A stretch of DNA of 64,000 bases from NCBI GenBank assembly GCA_002269645.1, contig NIVC01003338.1, positions 39,449 to 103,448 of the forward strand, in the 5' to 3' direction. Made by a program: the position numbers and the translations under genes. The notes under the pieces are model-generated. The model saw only the letters and a program-made list of their open reading frames with translations, did not search any database and was not told the DNA's origin. This document shows positions 34,189 to 46,400 of this stretch, in pieces (within the stretch, counting starts at the first letter, position 1; each line of letters starts with the position of its first letter). The DNA comes from Macrostomum lignano. Lineage: Eukaryota.

Positions 34189-34428
34189 CTCTCATCTGCC
34201 CTCTCCCTCTCCTCTCTTCTCTCATCTGCCCTCTCCTCTCTTCTCTCATCTGCCCTCTCCTCTCTTCTCTCATCTGCCCTCTCCTCTCTTCTCTCATCTG
34301 CCCTCTCCTCTCTTCTCTCATCTGCCCTCTCCTCTCTTCTCTCATCTGCCCTCTCCCTCTCCTCTCTTCTCTCATCTGCCCTCTCCTCTCTTCTCTCATC
34401 TGCCCTCTCCCTCTCCTCTCTTCTCTCC
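34189..34428. repeat. 24/30-bp pyrimidine-rich minisatellite
   Basis: CTCTCATCTGCCCTCTCCTCTCTT. Confidence 0.9.
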
Positions 34429-34899
34429 TCGCCCGCTCTCCTGCTTTCCTCTTCCCACCTCTATTTCCCCGCTTTCTCGTCTTTTTCCGCTATGAATTAA
34501 ACTCAGCTTCCGCAACTCTCCACGACTTTCTGCGGCATCTCTGCTCTGTCCACCGCGCCCTGCCAAAAATTTCATGGCCGCCTTGATGGCCGCTGCAAAC
34601 CTTCGCCATCCGCCATCGCTCCCAGCATCTCCCGCCATCCCCTGCCTGATCCCCCGTTGGGGCCACTTGCAATAACTCGATATTTCATACTGCAGTGGGA
34701 GAGGCGGCCCCGCAGCGGAGACTTTATCTCTCAATTCTTGAAAGCAAATTGCATTCTCCACCGCCCACTGAAGCTTCTATGGGGGGGCCGGGTGGCCGTT
34801 CCGTTTCCTGGAAAAGATACGGGAGATAAAAATATCGGCTGCAGTTTTCTGCGCTTCTCCTAGCGATCCGTCTCTCTCTTTGATCTGGTTTTGGCTGTG

Positions 34900-35810
34900 C
34901 CCAGGCTGAGGGACAGGCAGGGTGGGTGCTCAGGCTGAGGGAGAGGCAGGGTGGGTTCTCACGCTGAGGGACATGCAGAGTGGGTGCTCAGGCTGAGGGA
35001 CAGGCAGGGTGGGTGCTCAGGCTGAGGGACAGGCAGGGTGGGTGCTCAGGCTGAGGGAGAGGCAGTGTGGGTGCTCAGGCTGAGGGACAGGCAGTGTGGG
35101 TGCTCAGGCTGAGGGACAGGCAGTGTGGGTGCTCAGGCTGAGGGACAGGCAGTGTGGGTGCTCAGGCTGAGGGACAGGCAGGGTGGGTGCTCAGGCTGAG
35201 GGACAGGCAGGGTGGGTGCTCAGGCTGAGGGAGAGGCAGGGTGGGTGCTCAGGCTGAGGGAGAGGCAGGGTGGGTTCTCACGCTGAGGTACAGGCAGGGT
35301 GGGTGCTCAGGCTGAGGGACATGCAGGGTGGGTGCTCAGGCTGAGGTACAGGCAGGGTGGGTGCTCAGGCTGAGGTACAGGCAGGGTGGGTGCTCAGGCT
35401 GAGGGACAGGCAGGGTGGGTGCTCAGGCTGAGGTACAGGCAGGGTGGGTGCTCAGGCTGAGGGACAGGCAGGGTGGGTGCTCAGGCTGAGGTACAGGCAG
35501 GGTGGGTGCTCAGGCTGAGGGAGAGGCAGGGTGGGTGCTCAGGCTGAGGGAGAGGCAGGGTGGGTGCTCAGGCTGAGGGAGAGGCAGTGTGGGTGCTCAG
35601 GCTGAGGGAGAGGCAGGGTGGGTGCTCAGGCTGAGGTACAGGCAGGGTGGGTGCTCAGGCTGAGGGACAGGCAGGGTGGGTGCTCAGGCTGAGGGACATG
35701 CAGGGTGGGTGCTCAGGCTGAGGGACATGCAGGGTGGGTGCTCAGGCTGAGGGACATGCAGGGTGGGTGCTCAGGCTGAGGGACATGCAGGGTGGGTGCT
35801 CAGGCTGGGT
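34900..35810. repeat. 29-bp G-rich minisatellite
   Basis: CAGGCTGAGGGACAGGCAGGGTGGGTGCT. Confidence 0.95.
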
Positions 35811-36741
35811 GCTCAGTGACAAACAGGGAGATCGCTTCAAAGCAAGCTGGGTATTCAAACTCAGCCCTAAACTCAGCCTTAGACTCCGATGACTTTTCTT
35901 TTTTGTTTAGCGTTGACTCAAGCTGGAGCCTCACCGCTCGAGTCCAGTGCATTTCAATGTTTGCTGTGTGCGCAGCGGGGGCAGCTCAGATGCAAGTGGG
36001 TGGCAGGGGGCTGAGAGCTCGTGCTGAAGAAGCCGGGCTGCGCTGCTTTCATCTGAAAAGGCGAAAGCAGCAAAGATGCGTCTCTCGGAAGTGCGGCGCA
36101 CAATGAGAGACAGGGGGGAGGCGGGGAGGCCCGAACCGCCTGCCGGTTTCAAAACCCGCGAAAGGAGGCGAGCGGCGGGAAGGCGCCACTCAAAGACTGA
36201 GTGAGGACTCATTTCCCAAATCTCTGCCCAGCGGTGCCTCCGCCACCTGTACTCAAACTACAAAGAACTGCCGTGCGGCTGCAGTCTCAGCTGGATGAGG
36301 ATGCGCCGCGCCCGTCCCCCAGCAACTGCATTTTCCCTCCCCTCTTCTGCTCCCGGTCTCCAGGCCTCTCCGCTTTTCCCTGCTGCTTTGTCGGAGTCCC
36401 ACCGCCCGCCTGTGGCTTTCTGTGTCGCTCTGCACGGCATTTCTGAAATTAGCGACTCGTAGGCTTCCCTTAAAATTCAAAATTTCCTGTCAGACCTATT
36501 TATGGAGCAAAATTATCAATGCGCATTTGCAGTTTGAGGAGTCACAAGCCAACTCACCAGCTGAGCCTCCGGATAAAGGGACAAATTGGTGGGCCCAGCT
36601 TGCGGGGGATCCGCTCCAGCTTCATCCCCACTAATTATCCCAAGTAGCTGCTAAATGCTGGCAGCTGTTTACATTTGGCAGATCATGGGGCCAGCGGAAC
36701 ATTGCCCAGGATAGCTGGGGTTGGGCCATAGAGAGTTGCCA

Positions 36742-37233
36742 CCCCCAGTCTGTCAGCGGGTAGCCTTCCTCCCCAGTCTGTCAGCGGGTAGCCTTCCTCC
36801 CCAGTCTGTCAGCGGGTAGCCTTCTCCCCAGTCTGTCAGCGGGTAGCCTTCTCCCCAGTCTGTCAGCGGATAGCCTTCTCCCCAGTCTGTCAGCGGGTAG
36901 CCTTCTCCCCAGTCTGTCAGCGGGTAGCCTTCCCCCCCCAGTCTGTCAACAGGTAGCCTTCTCCCCAGTCTGTCAGCGGGTAGCCTTCCCCCCCCCCCAG
37001 TCTGTCAACAGGTAGCCTTCTCCCCAGTCTGTCAGCGGGTACACTTCTCCTCAGTCTGTCAGCGGGTACATTTCTCCCCAGTCTGTCAACAGGTACATTT
37101 CTCCCCAGTCTGTCAGCGGGTAGCCTTCCCCCCCAGTCTGTCAACAGGTACATTTCTCCCCAGTCTGTCAGCGGGTAGCCTTCCCCCCCAGTCTGTCAAC
37201 AGGTACATTTCTCCCCAGTCTGTCAGCGGGTAG
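36742..37233. repeat. ~30-bp minisatellite
   Basis: CCCCAGTCTGTCAGCGGGTAGCCTTC. Confidence 0.92.
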
Positions 37234-37283
37234 CCAAGCGGACAAACTGAATGCCAGCAAAGCCACTCATCACCATTTCGCAG

Positions 37284-37331
37284 CCGATTCTGAACGGCAG
37301 CCTGACGGGTCCCCTCAGCAGCTGCTACCAG

Positions 37332-37372
<41 letters not shown>

Positions 37373-37517
37373 GATGCTCGGCCTGCCAAATCCGCTGCAA
37401 TTTCTGCCGCCGCCAGACCAGCAGCAGTTGCAGCACTTGGCGCAGGTGTCCATGGGCCAGGTGTCCATGGCCAATGGTGGCATCTCGGCTGGTCAAATGA
37501 AAATCGACGGTAGAGAT
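37284..37517 (+). CDS. mbl: probable muscleblind exon 3 (polyQ linker)
   Basis: Pyrimidine-rich TTTCGCAG| acceptor, PILNGSLTGPLSSCY-Q15-MLGLP...KIDGRD, donor GAT|GTGAGT; phase 0/0. No conserved domain; placed by position and phase. Confidence 0.6.
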
Positions 37518-37671
37518 GTGAGTTTCACAAGAGTGCCAGCTGCTCAAAATTATTAGTCTTTAATCAGCAGATTTACCGAACTTCTGGAACTGCGTATTCC
37601 AAGCATCCAAAAGTTTTGAGGGAGTTCTCTCTTCACCCCCGTTGGGATACCTATTGACTCTATAAGATATC

Positions 37672-38160
37672 TAGGGGCTAAATCGGGTGTTTGGGGGCTA
37701 GATCGAGTGTCTAGGGGCTAGATCGGGTGTTTAGGGGCTAGATCGGGTGTTTAGGAGCTAGATCGAGTGTCTAGGGGCTAGATCGGGTGTCTAGGGGCTA
37801 GATCGGGTGTCTAGGGGCTAGATCGAGTGTCTAGGGGCTAGATCGAGTGTCTAGGGGCTAGATCGGGTGTCTAGGGGCTAGATCGATTGTCTAGGGGCTA
37901 GATCGAGTGTCTAGGGGCTAGATCGGGTGTCTAGGGGCTAGATCGAATGTCTAGGGGCTAGATCGGATGTCTAGGGGCTAGATCGGGTGTCTAGGGGCTA
38001 GATCGAGTGTCTAGGGGCTAGATCGAGTGTCTAGGGGCTAGATCGAGTGTCTAGGGGCTAGATCGAGTGTCTAGGGGCTAGATCGAGTGTCTAGGGGCTA
38101 GATCAAGTGTCTAGGGCTAGATACAATATCTAGAGGCTAGATATAATATCTAGTGGCTAG
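37672..38160. repeat. 20-bp minisatellite
   Basis: CTAGGGGCTAGATCGAGTGT. Confidence 0.93.
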
Positions 38161-38513
38161 ATAGAATATCTAAAGGCTTGAACAAACGACTATTTGAATA
38201 AAAGCTACATTCGATACCTAGTGGCCAGAGGCACTTAAAATATCAGGCATTTGGCCTGAGCAGTGGTCGGTGACCACCAAACCGCAATTTTATCGTGGGA
38301 GCTGAGCAGAAATGTTTTGCAATTGTTCAGCTGCACAGGCAGCAATATGCAGCAACTGCTGGGTGCCTTGATAAGTCTGGCCGACCGGTTTGCCCAATAC
38401 GCCCGACGGACGCAGAAAATGAGTTGGCGGCTTGGGTGCAGGATTAGTTTGTGGGGCAGAGCAGCTCAGAGGTAAACGCGCCGCGACTCGTGGATCGATT
38501 CCCAACCCTGAGG

Positions 38514-39420
38514 GCCAACCCCATGAGGCACAGAGAGTGGCCAACCCCATGAGGCACAGAGAGTGGCCAACCCCATGAGGCACAGAGAGTGGCCAACCCC
38601 TTGAGGCACAGAGAGTGGCCAACCCCATGAGGCACAGAGAGTGGCCAACCCCATGAGGCACAGAGAGTGGCCAACCCCATGAGGCACAGAGAGTGGCCAA
38701 CCCCTTGAGGCACAGAGAGTGGCCAACCCCATGAGGCACAGAGAGTGGCCAACCCCATGAGGCACAGAGAGTGGCCAACCCCTTGAGGCACAGAGAGTGG
38801 CCAACCCCATGAGGCACAAAGAGTGGCCAACCCCATGAGGCACAGAGAGTGGCCAACCCCTTGAGGCACAGAGAGTGGCCAACCCCATGAGGCACAGAGA
38901 GTGGCCAACCCCTTGAGGCACAGAGAGTGGCCAACCCCTTGAGGCACAGAGAGTGGCCAACCCCATGAGGCACAGAGAGTGGCCAACCCCATGAGGCACA
39001 GAGAGTGGCCAACCCCTTGAGGCACAGAGAGTGGCCAACCCCATGAGGCACAGAGAGTGGCCAACCCCTTGAGGCACAGAGAGTGGCCAACCCCATGAGG
39101 CACAGAGAGTGGCCAACCCCATGAGGCACAGAGAGTGGCCAACCCCTTGAGGCACAGAGAGTGGCCAACCCCATGAGGCACAGAGAGTGGCCAACCCCAT
39201 GAGGCACAGAGAGTGGCCAACCCCTTGAGGCACAGGGAGTGGCCAACCCCATGAGGCACAGAGAGTGGCCAACCCCATGAGGCACAGAGAGTGGCCAACC
39301 CCATGAGGCACAGAGAGTGGCCAACCCCTTGAGGCACAGAGAGTGGCCAACCCCATGAGGCACAGAGAGTGGCCAACCCCATGAGGCACAGAGAGTGGCC
39401 AACCCCATGAGGCACAGAGA
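38514..39420. repeat. 26-bp minisatellite
   Basis: GGCCAACCCC(A/T)TGAGGCACAGAGAGT. Confidence 0.95.
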
Positions 39421-39824
39421 GTGTACATGCTTGATGATTTAAAAGTCTGGGTCGCTGTACACCCTGAGTGAGCGTGCGTGCCACATCACTGTATGCTGCT
39501 CTCCAGCTGCCCCGTGCAGAGGGCAGCCACGCAGTTCCCTGAATTGCGATGCGCATCTTGAGCAAGAATTGCCAACTCAAGCAGCTGTGACCGGACCCGG
39601 GGCTGGGGGTTCTTTGCATAAATACGGGCGGCTACGCTAGCATTTATTGCTGGGGAAGGCGGTGCAGCTGCATCGGGTTCGGCTCCCCTGCCTACCGCTG
39701 CGGGCCATCCATTATCAGCCTCTGCTCAGCCCGGACGGCCATCTGGCCTGCAGTTCACGCTGCACTCCATCGCCTGCCACCGCCTCTGCGCGACTCCCCT
39801 CCCACAGTTGCAATCCTTCCTTAT

Positions 39825-40203
39825 CTCACTTCCCATCTCACCGACTCAGCCTCCGCCATCACTTCCCATCTCACCGACTCAGCCTCCACCCTCACTTCCC
39901 ATCTCACCGACTCAGCCTCCGCCCTCACTTCCCATCTCACCGACTCAGCCTCCGTCCTCCCTTCCCATCTCACCGACTCAGCCTCCGTCCTCCCTTCCCA
40001 TCTCACCGACTCAGCCTCCGCCCTCACTTCCCATCTCACCGACTCAGCCTCCGTCCTCACTTCCCATCTCACCGACTCAGCCTCCGCCATCACTTCCCAT
40101 CTCACCGACTCAGCCTCCGCCATCACTTCCCATCTCACCGACTCAGCCTCCGCCCTCACTTCCCATCTCACCGACTCAGCCTCCGCCCTCAATTCCCATC
40201 TCA
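39825..40203. repeat. 33-bp minisatellite
   Basis: CTTCCCATCTCACCGACTCAGCCTCCGCCCTCA. Confidence 0.93.
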
Positions 40204-40593
40204 AAGTCCCAACTCCCAAGACACATACATATACAATGTGAGTTGTCGGTAAGCAGACCGCTCAGCTAATATTGATGTACAGCGGCTCCAAATGCCCGAA
40301 GCACCTGGGGAACAGCAATTGCACCATTAGCCCGGGACCAAGGCTCAGGCCCAGCTTTGCCCTTGGCCTTCGAATTCTGCGCAGCCCTCGCCAGCTGCGG
40401 AATTCGGCCACGGCCCCGGCAACTCCGCGCTCTCGAGCCGAGCAAACAATTTTTTAATGCGCGTAATGCTTTGGGCCAATTTGGGTTGAAACTTCTGCGC
40501 TGCGACATTGGCCGCTCCTGTTTCTGGGGGTATCGCCTGAAAGAACTTTGCGAAGCTTTGGAAACACCTGGCTTACCTACTTAGTTGGCCACT

Positions 40594-40950
40594 GCTGCAA
40601 TGGAGCTGTGTGAGATTCTCTCTCTGACTCCCAGCTGCACTGCCGCGGTGATGGAGCTGTGTGAGATTCTCTCCCTGACTCTCAGCTGCACTGCCGCGGT
40701 GATGGAGCTGTGTGAGATTCTCTCCCTGACTCTCAGCTGCACTGCCGCGGTGATGGAGCTGTGTGAGATTCTCTCCCTGACTCTCAGCTGCACTGCCGCG
40801 GTGATGGAGCTGTGTGAGATTCTCTCCCTGACTCTCAGCTGCACTGCCGCGGTGATGGAGCTGTGTGAGATTCTCTCCCTGACTCTCAGCTGCACTGCCG
40901 CGGTGATGGAGCTGTGTGAGATTCTCTCCCTGACTCTCAGCTGCACTGCC
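40594..40950. repeat. 51-bp minisatellite
   Basis: ATGGAGCTGTGTGAGATTCTCTCCCTGACTCTCAGCTGCACTGCCGCGGTG. Confidence 0.93.
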
Positions 40951-41629
40951 GCAGCCGCATATCTCAGTGGTATCTCTGGCGGGGCAGCAACGGCCAGCGG
41001 CCTGGTTACCGCAGCCGCAGCCGCCATCATTTTTCTTTGTCTGGCCGCCGCCGTGCAGGGCCGGCGCTGATTAATGAATGGCTGCGGCCGCGGAGCCGCC
41101 CCGCCCTGCCGCGGTCGCCGCCACCGCCCAAAACTTTCATCGAGTTGCCGATGAGAGCCTCCCCGCCCGCCCGCCCGCCCGCCCGCCCGCCCGCCTGCCT
41201 TATCTTCCCGTCTCTGCGAAATCCTCTGCCGCATTAGTCAGCCGGGGCCTCAGCATTCGACGTCTAAATTCCCCCCCCCCCCGGCCCAGCAACAGTGGCT
41301 ACGAGGAGCGCCTTGGCCTTATCAGCGCCCGAAGAACCCCCGCACTCCCGCCCTCTTTGGCGCGCCGGAGGGGATGATTGTCCTCAGGATTCTGGGGGAA
41401 GCGAAGCCTGTGAATCGCTTCTGTATTGTTGTGTGCGAGTAATGCAAAAGTGCTTTGGCGCCTGGGTAGTAATATTTGAATTCTGTCTTAGATTTCTAAT
41501 GCAAGTCGAATTAAATATTATTATCTTCTGGGATGCTTGATAGCCCTCCAGATGAAGATTTGCAACCAGATTGTTCAATAACATGATCACATCTTAAGCT
41601 CATTGTTAACTTTATTGCCCAACACATCC

Positions 41630-42430
41630 AACTCACGCCTCAACACACCCAAACTCACGCCTCAACACAACCACCTCACGCCTCAACACAACCAAACTCA
41701 CGCCCCAACACACCCACCTCACGCCTCAACACAACCAAACTCACGCCCCAACACACCCACCTCACGCCTTAACATAACCACCTCACCAACACACCCACCT
41801 CACGCCCCAACACACCCAACTCACGCCCCAACACAACCACCTCACGCCTCAACACAACCACCTCACAACCACCAACACACCCACCTCACGCCTTAACATA
41901 ACCACCTCACCAACACACCCACCTCACGCCTCAACACAACCACCTCACGCCTCAACACAACCACCTCACGCCTCAACACAACCACCTCACGCCTCAACAC
42001 ACCCACCTCACGCCTTAACATAACCACCTCACCAACACACCCACCTCACGCCTCAACACAACCACCTCACCAACACACCCACCTCACGCATCAACACACC
42101 CACCTCACGCCTCAACACACCCACCTCACGCCTCAACACAACCACCTCACGCCTCAACACAACCACCTCACGCCTCAACACAACCACCTCACGCCTCAAC
42201 ACAACCACCTCACGCCTCAACACAACCACCTCACGCCTCAACACACCCACCTCACGCCTCAACACAACCACCTCACGCCTCAACACAACCACGTCACGCC
42301 TCAACACAACCACCTCAAGCCTCAACACAACCACCTCACGCCTCAACACAACCACCTCACGCCTCAACACAACCACCTCACCAACACACCCACCTCACGC
42401 CTCAACACACCCAAACTCACGCCTCAACAC
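41630..42430. repeat. 21-bp AC-rich minisatellite
   Basis: ACAACCACCTCACGCCTCAAC. Confidence 0.92.
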
Positions 42431-42539
42431 TCCCAGATCAGCCATTCCCAGATCAGTAGGCTCCATCACGGCTGCTGCACTGTCCCCATGAATGTCTCCC
42501 CTGCTTTCACCTGCAAGCGCACTCGCAAATCAAACGCAG

Positions 42540-42701
42540 GCGGCATCGCCCACCGGGACGAAGAAGCGAAAGCTGCAAGTCGAGCAGCTCGACCATCTGG
42601 GGTCATCCGGGCTGCCGGCCCTCGGGCCCAGCTTCCAGCTGCACGCGGTGCTGATGCAGCAGCAGCAGCAGCAGCAGCAGCAGTATTTGCAACAGCAGCT
42701 A
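42540..42701 (+). CDS. mbl: probable muscleblind exon 4 (basic KKRK motif, polyQ)
   Basis: ACGCAG|AASPTGTKKRKLQVEQL...Q9YLQQQL|GTCAGT; phase 0/0. Read-through reaches a stop at 42719. Boundaries are inferred. Confidence 0.5.
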
Positions 42702-43879
42702 GTCAGTCAAAACTCTTGATAACCAGGGAGCAGTAGTTGCTGTGCAATCAGCCCCTCTAACCATCTAGCAATGCAGTTCATTTCTCAAGCACAGCTCTCA
42801 CACGGCAGCCTAACAAAGCCATTAGCAAAGTACGAGTAACTGAATTAACCAGCGCTCAACTCCGGGGATTTTAACTTGGATAATTTTTGGCTAATTACTA
42901 TTTCCTAACTGGAGAGCCGATCTGTGAAGTGAAGTGACCCGTCTCTCGTTTCGTCGTCAGCTTGTCAGTGCTGTGCAATCGAATTTCCATGAGCCTCTCT
43001 AATTGGCTCTGGGCCCAGCTCAAGCTCTCTGCTTGCCTGACTTGTGCCGCTTCTCCATCAACAGGCCGGGCCGCAGAGAGACTATCAGCGGTCGCCCCAC
43101 CCTGTCTCAATATTTAACTTGGCATGCGACTTAGCCAGCTCTGAGCAGCAGCGATAAGGCACGGAGCTGCGAGTGTTCAGCCGCGTAGCCTCATGCCGAG
43201 CCGAAACCAACGGGCTGCTGGATCGGCTGCTTCCGCTCCAGATGTTTGGGCCTGGAGCTCCATGGCGCGGCTGCTTCCGCTCCAGATGTTTGGGTCTGGA
43301 GCTCCATGGCGCAGCGGGCCATTTATCGTGTCGAGTTCTCGAGCTGCGAGAATCCGCCTTCTCCCCGGGCTGGGGGCGGCTCAGCCATAAACCGCGGGTG
43401 TCGTAAAGTCCCGCGAGCTGAAGGCCAGACTCTGGGGCGGGGGGGTGTCGGCAAGACGGAAAATGGAGACAGAAAAAAGACGAGAGAAGGAGGAGGGAGA
43501 ATCCCGAGCTCTCCTGAATTTGTATCCCCATTTCGGCTGGGATTTTATTGCGCTCAAGTAATTGGCTTGCTTTTAGCGCGGAGTCCCCCGGGCTGTCTGG
43601 GACTCGCCATTTCCTTGCGATCGCAGCTGCTTCCGGCCCTCGCAGCTCCTCCCTGCTCCAAGGCGACTTGAGTCCTCGACTCTCGGAGCTAATGACAGTC
43701 ACCTGCCTGCTGGCCAGCTGCCCCCAGCTTCATCTGATGCTAATCACCTTCGCCTTTCTCAATCATCATTTCCCTGTCCGAGCTGCGCGCTTTATGGCCG
43801 CTCCTGTCCGGCAGTGTCCAAGCTGGCCGGGATGGCCGGCGCAAATTGAAGACCCCAGCTGTAATTATCGCTTCTGGTA

Positions 43880-44240
43880 GCTCCCACTCAGCCCGCACCT
43901 CCTCCCGGTGAGGCTGTTATGACTCAGGCGCTCGTGAGGCACCGTCTTAAGAAACTCCTAAAAAACAGCCCTGGCCTCACATAAGGTCATGGAGGTCTCG
44001 TCGCCAGATAATCACGCACAAAGGTACCTTCTTCACGAGGTATCCCTCACCCAGTTAACCCTCTCCCTGAGATACCTCATCCTGTAGTACTCTCTCCATG
44101 AGATCCCCGAGGTAACCCCAATGCAAGAGTTCTCTCCTTCTTTCCCACAACTCCGCACGCAGCCCATAAGGCTCGGGCCATATCCAGTGCAGCCGCCTGC
44201 GATATCCTTATGAGTCCCGCGGGCCGCCATCCAGTTTGGC
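43880..44240 (-). mobile_element. possible highly decayed LINE reverse-transcriptase fragment
   Basis: Minus-strand translation ARAVF*EFLKTVPHERL resembles the RT motif xxFLDFxKAFDxVPHxRL; heavily mutated. Confidence 0.3.
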
Positions 44241-45197
44241 AGCTGAGCATCGCCAGACTCAGCGCCCCCCACCCATCCGCCCCCCAGATTCCGCCCAGCA
44301 TCGAGGCCCAGAGCCCGTTTGTTTTTTGCACTCTCTTCTCCCATTGCCCGGCCTTTCAGCGCGCAGGCGCCGGGAGAGACGCAATAATAAAATTTTTACG
44401 ACCCCCGCCGGGCTCGGGCGCAGAAATTCGGCGGCTGGCAGCGACGGAGGCACCGAAGCCGCCGCCGCTGGATTGCCGATCGCCAATTCGAAAAGAATTT
44501 CGAAAAATTGATTTTTTTAAAAAGAAGAAAAATAGTAGCCGAGTAATTCGGTGCAGCAACAAATGACCGTCTTCTCTGCTGAGACGCTGCGGCCGGCAGC
44601 CGAGTAGTTCAGTCTTGGCCGCAGCTGCTTCTGCGGGGCGGGGCAGCCGGGCGGCAATCAATAATTCATGAGGCGGCCGCCCGCTGAATCTCCGGCTATT
44701 AAAAATTGTCCCCAGGAGGCTCGGAATGGAACGGCAGGGGGTGTCGGGAGGGGATGCTGCCCCGCCTCCTGCTGGCGGAGTGGGACAGAAGTTAATGAAA
44801 TTTCCTCCGAGCGGTCTCGAGACCCAGCAGGGGGCCGGCGACCCCTCCCCCCACTGCCTCTGCCTTAATATTTCCTATCGTTTTCTGCATTCGAAATGTA
44901 TTTTCCACGACTTCCCGTTGCGTCAGAGGGCCGCTCATTGTTGCCGCAATTCCCTGGCGAGGGTTTCCGATGATGGGGCACAGGTGTATCAAAGAGCACA
45001 GCCTCCTGGTTATGATGACGAGACCGCGGTACCACCTAATCTTTGTTGCAGCAGTTTTCAATAGCACGAACCCTTTCAAATTGCAGAAGTGGTATTGTTT
45101 CTAACATTCTAACCCTGAGCACACAGCCGGCTAATCTCCATCACAAGCTGCCCAGAGCACTAAGACAGCTGCCGCTTCATCCCACTCAATTTGCCAG

Positions 45198-45375
45198 GTC
45201 GCCAGCAAGCGAACCGCTGTGGCCGACAGCAAGAACGGCGCCCCGGTTTACCAGCCGACCAGCCAGCAGCAGCAGCAGCAACAGCAGCAGCTGGCGGCTG
45301 CCGCCGCGGCCGCTGCCTACCACATGACTGGCGGCCCCGCCAATGCAGCTGGCGGCTCTTTCGTGCCCACCTCAT
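45198..45375 (+). CDS. mbl: probable muscleblind exon 5 (KR..AD.K.G.PVYQP motif)
   Basis: TTTGCCAG|VASKRTAVADSKNGAPVYQP...FVPTS|GTGAG. Resembles the C-terminal motif of invertebrate muscleblind proteins (recalled, not aligned). The next exon was not identified. Confidence 0.65.
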
Positions 45376-46007
45376 GTGAGCCACTCGGGAAGGCGCTGGG
45401 CCAATCAGATAAGGAGAGGCCCACCTCATGTGAGCCACTCGGGAAGGCGCTGGGCCAATCAGATAAGGGGGCCCACCTCATGTGAGCAGACGCTGCCATT
45501 ACTCCTGAGGAAGCAGTATTTTGAGACTCGATACCGCTGAGCTGCATCTGCAATAAAACTGCGCCGCATGATTTGTCCAGCTGCTCTGTGCTGGGCAAAC
45601 TGAATTTTGCATTTTCTGCACGCCGATAGGAAAACGGATGGATCCGCCTGGCCCAGGAGGCTGCGAAATTCACTGCTCGAGCGACGGGGGTCAGGGGGGT
45701 CACTGCGGAGTTTGCCTGCTCTCTTCATTTGCGGCTCGGCTCGGCCTGCTTCCCATGGGGAATCTTCGAGTTGCCCGGCCGCTTCATCTCGGCCGGCCTC
45801 AATTTCTGCGCATTTGTAGCAGACAGACGGCCGGGGAGGGCGGGTGCAGGGTTGAGAGACGTGGCGCGCCAATTTCCGAGAATCCCCGGAGCAATGAGCC
45901 CAGCCAGGCTGAGAAGTGCGGCATGGACTCTTGCAGATGAGCGCCTGGCTGCGGAAACCTGGGCTGCCCGAGGTTCTGGGGCTCTGACTCACGCTTTCTC
46001 CTGTCTG

Positions 46008-46400
46008 CTGTCACTGTCTGCTGTCTGCTGTCACTGTCTGCTGTCTGCTGTCACTGTCTGCTGTCTGCTGTCACTGTCTGCTGTCTGCTGTCACTGTCTG
46101 CTGTCTGCTGTCACTGTCTGCTGTCACTGTCTGCTGTCACTGTCTGCTGTCACTGTCTGCTGTCTGCTGTCTGCTGTCACTGTCTGCTGTCTGCTGTCAC
46201 TGTCTGCTGTCTGCTGTCACTGTCTGCTGTCTGCTGTCACTGCCTGCTGTCTCCCGTCGCTGTCTGCTGTCTCTCGCCACTGTCTGCTGTCTCCCGTCAC
46301 TGTCTGCTGTCTCCCGTCACTGTCTGCTGTCTCCCGTCACTGTCTGTTATCTCCCGTCACTGTCTGCTGTCTCCCGTCACTGTCTGTTATCTCCCGTCAC
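46008..46400. repeat. CTGCTGT/CTGTCA compound short repeat
   Basis: CTGTCTGCTGTCA-type units, TGCT-rich on the + strand. Confidence 0.9.
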
